Part shown: positions 46,750 through 55,162 of the stretch, one piece after another | Numbering within the stretch: position 1 is the stretch's first letter | How the letters are laid out: the number at the start of each line of letters is the position of its first letter | From: Deltaproteobacteria bacterium | GTDB lineage: Bacteria; Desulfobacterota; Deferrimicrobia; Deferrimicrobiales; Deferrimicrobiaceae | Direction of reading: 5' to 3' | Assembly (NCBI GenBank): GCA_037439645.1 | Contig: JBBIVQ010000002.1 | Coordinates: 2,282 to 66,281, forward strand | DNA length: 64,000 bases | Notes under the pieces: model-generated | The model's database searches: none | Told to the model about the DNA's origin: nothing | What the model saw: only the letters and a program-made list of their open reading frames with translations | Translations under genes and position numbers: made by a program

Positions 46750-49629
46750 TTACCGGAAGACGGCGTCTACGCGGCGGTTCTGCTGCCGCCCGTCGGGGGT
46801 CTTGTTGTCGGCGATCGGCTTGTCCATCCCGTAGCCGACCGAGGAGATCTTCGAGGGGTCGACGCCGAGCTTTTCCACCAGGTACTTCTTGACGCTCTCG
46901 GCGCGGCGCTCGGAGAGTTTCCGGTTGTACTTCTTCCCCCCGACGTTGTCGGTGTTCCCCTCGATGGTGACGGTGGTCTCGGGGTACTTCTTCAGGTAGT
47001 CGGCGACGCGCTTGAGGTCGGCGTCATACTTCGGTTTCACGTCGGCCTTCGCCGTGTCGAACTGGACGTTGAGGTGGATGACCTCCTTGACCGGCTTGAC
47101 CGCCGGGGGCGGCGGGGGCGGGGGAGGCGGATTGACGGTTACGGTCGTCGACGCGGTCTGCGAGCCGCCCGCTCCCGTGGCGGTGATGGTGAACCGCCTC
47201 GTGGCGTCGGGACACACCTGCTTCGACCCGGCCGGGTCGACGGACCCGATCCCCTGGTCGATCGAGGCGCCGGAGGCGTTTTCCGAGGACCAGGTCAAGG
47301 TGGAGCACTTCCCCGCGTCGACCGCCGGAGGGTTCGCCGAGAGGGAAACGGCCGGCGCCGCGGGTGGCGGCGGCGGAGGCGGCGGCGGTGCGACCGGCGC
47401 CGGCGGCGGCGGAGGAGGCGGAGCGACCACCGGTTTGGGCTGGGGCGCCGGCGGGGGAGGCGGAGGCGGGGGGGGTGCCTTGGCCAGGTCGAAGAGCCCG
47501 GCGATCCCGAGGAACGCCCTCCACTGCGGGGCCCCCATCCCCTTGTTGAGGCCGGCCCCGGCGCCCGCGGTCAGCGCCAGGCCGGGTTTCAATTCACGGC
47601 GGTAGGCGCCCAGCACCTCGAACGGCGAGGTGACCGTCCGCCCGTACGGGTACGCCATCGGCGTCTCCCCGTTGATCTCCGCCACCAGCTGGTCCTTCCG
47701 GTTCCCCGGCAGGCGGTAGGCGCCGCCCACCCCGTACTGCCACCACGGGGTGTAGTACTTGTCGTTGGTCCGGGCATACCCCGGGTTGCCGACGTGCTCG
47801 GCCCCCAGGTTCGCGTAGAGCGTCGCGGCCTTCGTCACGTCGTAGTGCCCGACCATCCTTGCGCCGATGCCGAACTTCTTCTCCGAGAGGAGGAAGTCGT
47901 CGTTCCCGGTGGGGAAGTTGGCGAACGGTACGACCGCGAGACCGTATCCCGCCTTCCCGAGCAGCCGGAGCTTCGCGTAGGCGCGGATGTCCCCGATGTC
48001 GGAGTCGGAGGTGTACCGGTCGGTGATGACGTTCAGGCTGCGGGAGGCGTAGTTGTACGGGATGTCCACCCCCAGTTCGAGGTACTGCGTCAACCCGTAC
48101 GCCGCGGTCAGGTCGGCGGTGTACAGCTCGTCGACCGCCGTCTTCTCCACCTTCAGCGCCTGGATGTCGCCGAAGTTCATCGGTTTCTTCACGAAGTTGA
48201 CCGTCGCCCCCACGGCGAGCTTGTCCTGCCCGATCGTCTCGTCGGAATCGACCGTGAGCGCGCCCAGGCCGTCGAAGGTGGGGTGGAAGCGCTGCGCCTT
48301 CGGAGCCAGCAGGTGCGTGGCGTGCGCGGACGTCCCGGCCAGGAAGACCGCCGCCACGAGGAACGCGGTCAGCCCGGCTTTGTTAAAAAGCCCCCGCTTC
48401 CTCCGGTGGAAGAATTTCAGGAACGCGACCGGAGCCAGGAGGATGCCGAAGTAGAGGGCGATCATCCCCGCGCTCTCCGCGCCCGACATCGGCCCCTTCC
48501 CGTCCCGGCCCACCACCATCCCGCAGACCACGCCGTTCCCCAGGCCGTCGTCCTGGATCGTGAAGACGGCCGGGGGACTCCCGGCGCCGACCGCGGCGAT
48601 GGCCCTCGGCGTAAAGAGGTCCGGGTCCGATATCGGCAAGCCGGTCCCGGTGATCTGGGTGTCGGTGGACGTATCGAAAACGTATACCACTTCATCGAAT
48701 TCATCCGTGACGAACCCGAGGTTCGTGCCGGGGACCACCGCGACGCCGTACAGGGAGGATGCGCCCGTGAAAACGATCCAATCCACGCTGTCGTCCGACG
48801 TATTGATGACCCAAACGTAGTCCGATTGAGACGCAACGTAGACCTTCGAACCGTCGTTCGATACGGCCATGTTCCTGCCGCCGATGGTCCCTTCACCGGT
48901 GGGGGTCGTGGTGGAGAAATCCGAGGTGTCGATCCGGGTCACGGGGAATCCGGAGGTGTAGACCGCGCTTCCGTCCGGGGTCACCACCGCGTACCGCGGC
49001 TCGCTTCCGACAATGACGGTATCCGTCACCGACCTTGTGGACGTGTCGACGACGCAGACCGTGCCGTTTCCACGATTGACGACGTACGCCTGCCCGAGGA
49101 CCGGGTTCATCGCGATCCCCTCGGGGGAGCTGAAGCATTCGTCGAAGATCGTCCCGGTGACGGCGTTCGAGGCCGTGTCGATGATGGTGACGCTTCCCGT
49201 CGAGCTTCCGCCACCCTGCTTGTTCGCGACCCACGCCTCCGCCCCGTCCGGCGTGACGGCGACGGCGTACGGCTCGTCGAAGTCCGTGTCCTCGACCGTC
49301 GCGACGACCGTGTTGGTGGCCGTGTCGATGACGCTCACGCTGCCGTTTCCGACGCCGATAACCCGAACTCCGACGCCTTGCCGGGACGGGGCTTCCAAGA
49401 TGCTTCCGAACCGGTTCGGGACGTACACCCGGGTGCCAGCGGGGTTCGCCGCAAGGTTCCTCGGTTCGTTTCCGACGGGGATCGAAACGAGCGTGCGGGA
49501 CCCGGTATCGATCGCGGAGACCGTATCCCCGTCGACGTTCGACACGTAGACCGTGCCGGCATGGACCGGCACCGACAGGACGACGGTCGCCACGAGGAAC
49601 GCCAGCGCGGCGGCAACCGTTTTCGCCAT
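46750..49629 (-). CDS. Multidomain protein: YVTN beta-propeller, internal TM plus second signal peptide, beta-barrel, Pro linker, Ig-like domain, OmpA C-terminal domain
   Basis: Repeated G.VSVIDTATNTV/V.VG.EP..A.TPDG units, aromatic-rich beta strands, poly-Pro, VQFDTAK.., IEGNTDNVG...YNRKLSERRAESV, NRRV; alternative start ATG 49671. Confidence 0.85.
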   Translation of the reverse strand: MAKTVAAALAFLVATVVLSVPVHAGTVYVSNVDGDTVSAIDTGSRTLVSIPVGNEPRNLAANPAGTRVYVPNRFGSILEAPSRQGVGVRVIGVGNGSVSVIDTATNTVVATVEDTDFDEPYAVAVTPDGAEAWVANKQGGGSSTGSVTIIDTASNAVTGTIFDECFSSPEGIAMNPVLGQAYVVNRGNGTVCVVDTSTRSVTDTVIVGSEPRYAVVTPDGSAVYTSGFPVTRIDTSDFSTTTPTGEGTIGGRNMAVSNDGSKVYVASQSDYVWVINTSDDSVDWIVFTGASSLYGVAVVPGTNLGFVTDEFDEVVYVFDTSTDTQITGTGLPISDPDLFTPRAIAAVGAGSPPAVFTIQDDGLGNGVVCGMVVGRDGKGPMSGAESAGMIALYFGILLAPVAFLKFFHRRKRGLFNKAGLTAFLVAAVFLAGTSAHATHLLAPKAQRFHPTFDGLGALTVDSDETIGQDKLAVGATVNFVKKPMNFGDIQALKVEKTAVDELYTADLTAAYGLTQYLELGVDIPYNYASRSLNVITDRYTSDSDIGDIRAYAKLRLLGKAGYGLAVVPFANFPTGNDDFLLSEKKFGIGARMVGHYDVTKAATLYANLGAEHVGNPGYARTNDKYYTPWWQYGVGGAYRLPGNRKDQLVAEINGETPMAYPYGRTVTSPFEVLGAYRRELKPGLALTAGAGAGLNKGMGAPQWRAFLGIAGLFDLAKAPPPPPPPPPAPQPKPVVAPPPPPPPAPVAPPPPPPPPPAAPAVSLSANPPAVDAGKCSTLTWSSENASGASIDQGIGSVDPAGSKQVCPDATRRFTITATGAGGSQTASTTVTVNPPPPPPPPPAVKPVKEVIHLNVQFDTAKADVKPKYDADLKRVADYLKKYPETTVTIEGNTDNVGGKKYNRKLSERRAESVKKYLVEKLGVDPSKISSVGYGMDKPIADNKTPDGRQQNRRVDAVFR

Positions 49630-49980
49630 GCGACCTCTTTCTCTTCGGGACCCTTCCGATCCGGATTTCATTATTTCCCCTCCCCCCTTCTCCGGTAGTG
49701 CTGGACGCACAAGCCCCCGGAGGATATTTTGTACGACCGGTGGAAAACGGGTTCCCCGGGCAAACGGTATGCCCGGAAATTGATCGTCTTGAGCGCCGAT
49801 TGGATAAACATATTCACCTGCTTGTATGACTGCAACATTTTTTTCGACCCGCGAATTTCCCGTCTCTTCCAAATGCCGGGGAACGCGGTTTTCCGTTCGG
49901 GTTGGGTGTTCGGAAAGCCGTCCCGAAAGGGGAGGGCGGGGTAAGGACGCGCCCGGCGTTCGAGCCGTTATTGGCGCCGT

Positions 49981-50334
49981 CTACCGCAGGCACACCTTCG
50001 TCGCGGGGATCGCGCAGAGGAAGGAGAACGTCTCGCTCCCCGCGTTGGCGAACGCGTGTTCTTCATCCGGGGGGACGAAGATGTAGCTCCCGGGGCCGAC
50101 CTCGGTCTCCCCGTCCTTCCGCCGGACCTTCCCTTTTCCGGAGAGGACGAACACCTCGTGCTCCCACGCATGGGCATGGAACGGCGTGTGGCCGCCGGGG
50201 GCCACCTCGAAGTGGCGCGTGGTGAAGTTCGGAGCGCCGACGTTCTCCCCCATCAGGACGCGGATCGTGATGCCGCCGGCGCCCTGCTCCGTGACCGCCT
50301 TCCCCTCGACGTCCTTCCATCTCCCCACGTGCAT
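49981..50334 (-). CDS. Cupin_2 domain protein
   Basis: PGGHTPFHAHAWEHEVFVLSG and G....VPPDEEHAF cupin motifs. Confidence 0.88.
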   Translation of the reverse strand: MHVGRWKDVEGKAVTEQGAGGITIRVLMGENVGAPNFTTRHFEVAPGGHTPFHAHAWEHEVFVLSGKGKVRRKDGETEVGPGSYIFVPPDEEHAFANAGSETFSFLCAIPATKVCLR

Positions 50335-50407
50335 CGCGTTCTCCCTTCCAGGGGGGCAATCCCGGTTCAAACCCCGGATCCCGGGAAGGAGTGTCCCCCG
50401 CCAGGCA

Positions 50408-50803
50408 TTATACGTACTGTTTGCACTTTTCGATGTTGACGACGTGCACCTGGCGCATGTCTTCGAAGAACGTCTTCTCCCCGGCGGTCATCTCCGCGGC
50501 GGGGATCTCGTCGATCTTGCGGACGACCCACGCCTGCCCCTTGATGAGCAGGGCGATCCGTTCGGCTTCCGTCGACAGGGCGATCACCTTGTCGGCGAAG
50601 GCGCCGACGTTCTTCGTGGGTTCGGCGCCGCGCGCCTGGACCAGGCCGAACAGCCCGGCGCAGAACTTCCCCTCGTCGTTCCGGAAGAGGGTGAACAGCT
50701 CCTTCTTCCCCATGTCCGCGGCCTGGTCCGCCATCACGTCGAGGCACTTCACCCCCGCGCGCTCCGCCTCCAGCAGCTCCTGCATCCGGTCGACCGGCGT
50801 CAT
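50408..50803 (-). CDS. Ferritin-like DUF6306-type protein
   Basis: ELLEAERAG, DEGKFCAGL, LLIKGQAWVVRK, H..NI four-helix pattern. Confidence 0.6.
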   Translation of the reverse strand: MTPVDRMQELLEAERAGVKCLDVMADQAADMGKKELFTLFRNDEGKFCAGLFGLVQARGAEPTKNVGAFADKVIALSTEAERIALLIKGQAWVVRKIDEIPAAEMTAGEKTFFEDMRQVHVVNIEKCKQYV

Positions 50804-50924
50804 TACGCTCTCCTTTCAGGGGGACACTCTTCGATTTTTGTTTACCGTCCGGGCCGAAGGGGAAGATTGTCCCCCGCCATCTTCCATCCGCGTCATGGGG
50901 AAGAGTGTCCCCTGCCGGTTCGTG

Positions 50925-52001
50925 TCAGAATCCCGCGGCGCGGTTGAGTTCCGTCAGCAGCTGCTTCTCGCTCACATTATGCATCATCGCGCTCTGCTTC
51001 ACCGACTCCGTCGCCTGCCCGGGGCAGGAGAAGCAGCCCGCCCCGTAATATTTCCGGAACACCTTCTCCGTCTCGGGGTACGCCGCGAGAATCTCCCCGA
51101 GGATGTGATCCGCACCGATCGATTCGCCCTTGGAGAGCTTCCCCTTCGGGCCCTTTGCCTTGGCCGCGGGCCCGCCCGCCGACTTGTCCGCCGAAGCGCC
51201 GGCAGGCGCGGAGGCGGAAGCGGCGGAAGCTGCTTTCGCCGCGGAGGGTGGAGCGATCGCCTCGTCCAGTTCGGACACCATGTACGCGAGGTCCACGTTA
51301 TGCCGCTGGCACGCCATCCGAAGCGTGATGGGGATCTGCTTCACCTGCTCGCGGTGCCCCGGGTCCGCGAGGGATGCGAAGCCGTGCCCCACGAAGACGT
51401 CCACCGCCTGAGGCCACCGGGTGAGGATCTCGCCCACCCGCATATCCGGGTCGATCCGCGGCGCAACGGGTAGTGGTGCGGAAGGCACCGCGGCCGGGGC
51501 ATGCCCCGCCGCCTTGTCCGACGTTGCGCCGGAAGGCGCGGAGGCGGGAGCTGCGGAAGCGACTCCGGGTGTGGCGACTTCCGCAGCGGAGGCGGGTTCC
51601 TCTTCTTCATCCGCCGTCCCTTCCGGCTCGATCAGCATCGTCGCCCCGAGGTTCACGGCGAACATCCCCGCCGAGAGGACCGACAGGGCCGAGAAGAGGA
51701 TGAAGCCGTTGGAGGGGCGCTCCGGCGCGGTGGCGACCATCCCGATCAGCCCGATGTTGGCCAGGAAGAAGTGGATGGGGATCCAGGACGGCCAGCGCAA
51801 CGTGCGCCCGTTGAACCGCGGCAGGATGAAGTATCCGACGCCGTAGATCATCATGCACATGAAGCCGAGCAGGTTGAAGTGGACGTGGGCGAACCGCACC
51901 CATCCCGCCGTGTCCGCTCCCCCCATCAGGATCCCGAGAAGGGCGGCCAGGAAGAAGTAGACGAGCGACGCGACCACGAATCCTTTTGTGTACCGGTCCA
52001 T
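50925..52001 (-). CDS. Membrane protein (heme-copper-oxidase-like His helix) fused to two DUF1858-type domains
   Basis: Four TMs with HVHFNLLGF; IDPDMRVGEILTRWP and HILGEILAAYPET...GCFSCP repeats separated by Ala/Pro linkers. Confidence 0.7.
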   Translation of the reverse strand: MDRYTKGFVVASLVYFFLAALLGILMGGADTAGWVRFAHVHFNLLGFMCMMIYGVGYFILPRFNGRTLRWPSWIPIHFFLANIGLIGMVATAPERPSNGFILFSALSVLSAGMFAVNLGATMLIEPEGTADEEEEPASAAEVATPGVASAAPASAPSGATSDKAAGHAPAAVPSAPLPVAPRIDPDMRVGEILTRWPQAVDVFVGHGFASLADPGHREQVKQIPITLRMACQRHNVDLAYMVSELDEAIAPPSAAKAASAASASAPAGASADKSAGGPAAKAKGPKGKLSKGESIGADHILGEILAAYPETEKVFRKYYGAGCFSCPGQATESVKQSAMMHNVSEKQLLTELNRAAGF

Positions 52002-52069
52002 CGATCCCCTCGCTGATGCGCTGATTCCCGGGCCGTGCATCCCCGGGTACCGTAGATGATGCGGGAAAA

Positions 52070-52112
52070 CGGGGCCGGGTTCCTTGACGGGCGTCAAGGG
52101 GACCCGGCCCCG
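52070..52112 (-). terminator. norCB terminator hairpin whose apex is a TTGAC-N4-GTCAA palindrome
   Basis: About 19-bp stem with one bulge and one G-T pair, followed by TTTT on the minus strand; apex at 52084-52097. Confidence 0.75.
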
Positions 52113-52125
52113 GAACGTTCGGAGA

Positions 52126-53457
52126 TTACGCCTGTTGCGCCTTGACGGGCCGCAGCGTGAAGAGGTCCACGACGGTGGTGAGCAGTCCCGCGAGGAAGAA
52201 GACGCCCGCCCCCATGGTCACCCCCATCCAGAGCCGCATGTACCCCTGTGCGACCATGTACCCCATGCCGAGCACCCGCTCGATGTAGCTCTGAAGGACC
52301 CCCGCCACGCCGAAGGTCAGCCCCATGATCAACATGGCGGAGCACATCGTCCAGAAGCCGATCTTTCCCATGCGGCCGTCGTATTCCGCGATCCCCTTCA
52401 ACTTCGGCATCGCGTAGTAGAACGTCGTCAGGTTCAGCAGCGCGTAGGCGCCGAAGAACGCGAGGTGGCCGTGCGACACGGTGACCTGCGAGCCGTGGGT
52501 GTAGTAGTTGATCTGCGGCAAGGTGTGCAGGAATCCCCAGATGCCTGCGCCGATGAAGTGCATCACCGCGCAGCCGATGGCGTACGTCCAGGTGAGCGGG
52601 TTGACGATCTTCGCCTTCCGCTCCTTGACGTGGTTCATCGTGTCGAAGACCATCAGGAGGATCGGAAGCGGCTCGAGGGCCGAGAAGATCCCCCCGATCC
52701 ACAGCCAGTACTTCGGAGCGCCGATCCAGTAGTAATGGTGCCCGGTTCCGGCCAGGCCGGTGAAGAGGAACAACCCGATCTCGACGTAGACCCACTTCTC
52801 CACCACCTCGCGCTCCACGCCGGTGATCTTCATCAGGACGAAGGCGAAGATCGAGGCGGTGACCAGCTCCCACGCCCCTTCGACCCAAAGATGGATCACC
52901 CACCACCAGTAGTACCAGTCGATGACGAGGTTCCGGTAGAAGGGGATGCCGAAGAGGTAGAGCAGGGCGAGGAAGACGAGCCCGCCGAGGAGCGTCCCCT
53001 GGATCGCCGTCCAGTTCCGGGCCTTGAGCATCGTCATGCCGACGTTGAACAGGAAGACGAGCGCGCCGACGACGACGACGAAGTCGAGCGCCATCGGGAT
53101 CTCCAGGAGCGGGCGCCCCTGCGTCCACCCGAAGAGGAACCCGACGAGCGCCGTCACGCCCGTGACGAGCAGGGCGATCAGCTGGAACCAGGCGAGTTTT
53201 TCGGAGTAGATTTCCGATTTCGTCTCCTCCGGGATGATGTAGTACGTGCCGCCCATGAAACCGAGGAGCAGCCAGAGGACGAGGAGGTTCGTGTGGAACG
53301 CGCGCGCGGTGGCGAACGGGAAGACGTTCACGATCGACTGCGGGATGGTGAAGGTGTAATTCGCGGCCAGCCAGAGGCCCATGACGACCTGGAGCACGAA
53401 GAGCGGGAGCGCGGCGGCGAAGTACCAGTAGGCGATCTTCTGGGAGCGGTATTCCAT
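52126..53457 (-). CDS. norB: Nitric oxide reductase large subunit (cNOR)
   Basis: ARAFHTNL, WWWVIHLWVEGAWE, GTGHHYYWIG, SALEPLP, HGSQVTVSHGHLAFFG. Confidence 0.93.
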   Translation of the reverse strand: MEYRSQKIAYWYFAAALPLFVLQVVMGLWLAANYTFTIPQSIVNVFPFATARAFHTNLLVLWLLLGFMGGTYYIIPEETKSEIYSEKLAWFQLIALLVTGVTALVGFLFGWTQGRPLLEIPMALDFVVVVGALVFLFNVGMTMLKARNWTAIQGTLLGGLVFLALLYLFGIPFYRNLVIDWYYWWWVIHLWVEGAWELVTASIFAFVLMKITGVEREVVEKWVYVEIGLFLFTGLAGTGHHYYWIGAPKYWLWIGGIFSALEPLPILLMVFDTMNHVKERKAKIVNPLTWTYAIGCAVMHFIGAGIWGFLHTLPQINYYTHGSQVTVSHGHLAFFGAYALLNLTTFYYAMPKLKGIAEYDGRMGKIGFWTMCSAMLIMGLTFGVAGVLQSYIERVLGMGYMVAQGYMRLWMGVTMGAGVFFLAGLLTTVVDLFTLRPVKAQQA

Positions 53458-53467
53458 CGGTGTCTCC

Positions 53468-54172
53468 TTATTTCATGGTGGCGAGGAACCGGGCGACTTC
53501 TTCCAGTTCCCGCTCGGAGAGGTTGTCCTTCTGCGGCGGCATCTTCGCGTTCGGGTCGACGGCCTTGGGATTCCGGATATATTTCCCGATCTCCTCCGCC
53601 GACATCCCCGCCCCGATCTTGTCCAGCGCCGGTCCGAACGTCCCCCCCGTGCCGTTCATCGAGTGGCAGTTCATGCACCCCTTCGTTTGGAAGACCGCCG
53701 CGCCCGGGGAAACCCCGACCTTGGCCACCATCATCTGCTCGCCCCGGGACAGGCGCTTCCGGCTGTCCTGCGGCGGCCAGTCGTTGTTGTTGATCTCGCC
53801 GACCCAGGAGAAGAACGCCACGAGGTCGCCGATCTCCTGCTCCGAGAGGTGCTGCTGCGGCATCTTCCGGGGGGAGTTCGCGAACGCCAGCTCGGGCGAT
53901 TTCAGCCGGTATCGGATCCCGTCCTCGCCGACCCGCCGGACGACTTTCGTCAGGTCCGGGGCGTAGTATCCGCCGAATCCGAGGATCGTGTGGCAGTCGT
54001 TGCAGTTGTACTTCTCGAACACCCGTTTCCCGGCCACCACCCGGTCGGACAGCTTGTCCACGTTCGCCAACGCTCCCACCTGCCGGTGGGTGTCGTAGGT
54101 GGCCCCGAGGAACACGGCTGCCGAGGAGAGCGTTCCGATCAGGAATATCCAGAAGGCGGTCTTCTTCGTCAT
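53468..54172 (-). CDS. norC: Nitric oxide reductase cytochrome c subunit, diheme
   Basis: N-terminal TM, GKRVFEKYNCNDCHTILG.G.YYAPDLTKV, KMP; second domain CMNCH...FGPAL...KMPP. Confidence 0.9.
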   Translation of the reverse strand: MTKKTAFWIFLIGTLSSAAVFLGATYDTHRQVGALANVDKLSDRVVAGKRVFEKYNCNDCHTILGFGGYYAPDLTKVVRRVGEDGIRYRLKSPELAFANSPRKMPQQHLSEQEIGDLVAFFSWVGEINNNDWPPQDSRKRLSRGEQMMVAKVGVSPGAAVFQTKGCMNCHSMNGTGGTFGPALDKIGAGMSAEEIGKYIRNPKAVDPNAKMPPQKDNLSERELEEVARFLATMK

Positions 54173-54262
54173 CCTTCCCCTCCCGAAGGTCCCCGGCGAA
54201 CGGATCGCCGGTCGAATCGTTGATGGACGCACGCCACGCCGCGAGTTCAAACCTGGGAGAGC

Positions 54263-54304
54263 ATGCTATGGGCGAATCATCCACCCCGCATTGATGCAGG
54301 TCAA
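54263..54304 (-). promoter_or_regulatory. Class II FNR/DNR-type promoter for norCB
   Basis: TTGAT-GCAG-GTCAA at 54291-54304 and -10 TAGCAT at 54268-54263; box centre falls at -41.5 for a start near 54256. Confidence 0.75.
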
Positions 54305-54381
54305 GAAGGGAAAATTCGGGGTTCCGGATCCCTGGAAGCGTGTATCATCGGGGGAAATCGGCGGTGGCGGGGGCCTTCGTC

Positions 54382-55020
54382 ATGCGGAAGCTGATTCACG
54401 GGATCCACCGGTTCCGGAGGCAGTACTGGAGCGAGAACCGCGAGCTGTACCGCCGCCTGGCGGAGCACGGGCAGTTTCCCGAAGCCCTCTTCATCACCTG
54501 CTGCGACTCCCGGGTCGACCCGCTGGTGATGACGCACGGGCAGCCCGGGGACCTGTTCATCCATCGGAACATGGGAAACTTCGTCCCCCCGTACTCCGCA
54601 AGCCCGCTGGACGGGACCGGGGTCGCCGCGGCGGTCGAATACGCGGTGGAGCACCTCGAGGTCCGGGACATCATCGTCTGCGGGCACTCCGACTGCGGTG
54701 CGCTGAAAAGCCTCTACATGGACCGGTCGAAGTTCGCGGGGACCCCGCACATCGCGGAATGGCTGTCGCACGGCAACCGGACCATGGCGGTGGTCGCGGC
54801 GAACTACCCGGAGTTGTCCCGCGAGGAACGGTACGCGATCACTTCCGAGGAGAACGTCCTCCTCCAGATGGAGAACCTGCGGACGTACCCGGTGGTCATG
54901 AAGGCGGCGCGGGAAGGGCGGCTCCACGTCCACGCCTGGTATTACGTGATCGGCACCGGGACGATTTTCCGGTACTCCCCGGAAAAGGAGGAGTTCGAGC
55001 CGATCCCGGAGGAGGAGTAG
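54382..55020 (+). CDS. Beta-class carbonic anhydrase
   Basis: ITCCDSRV, RNMGNFVPP, AVEYAV..L, VCGHSDCGA, HAWYY.I.TG. Confidence 0.93.
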   Translation: MRKLIHGIHRFRRQYWSENRELYRRLAEHGQFPEALFITCCDSRVDPLVMTHGQPGDLFIHRNMGNFVPPYSASPLDGTGVAAAVEYAVEHLEVRDIIVCGHSDCGALKSLYMDRSKFAGTPHIAEWLSHGNRTMAVVAANYPELSREERYAITSEENVLLQMENLRTYPVVMKAAREGRLHVHAWYYVIGTGTIFRYSPEKEEFEPIPEEE

Positions 55021-55162
55021 GCACGCGGGCCGGAACCCGGTTCTCTCCCGGGGAATCCTACGGGTTACGGTCCATGAATCCGGGAATGATCCCGGTACGT
55101 CGCGGGGGAATCGCGGGCGCGGGGCGGGCCCGAAGTCCCCGGCGGCCGGGGCGGGAGGGGCG

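Noticed and set aside
47090-47480. CCG/GGC-rich low-complexity tracts as DNA repeat elements
   Set aside because: They encode the poly-proline linkers of the OmpA-family protein.
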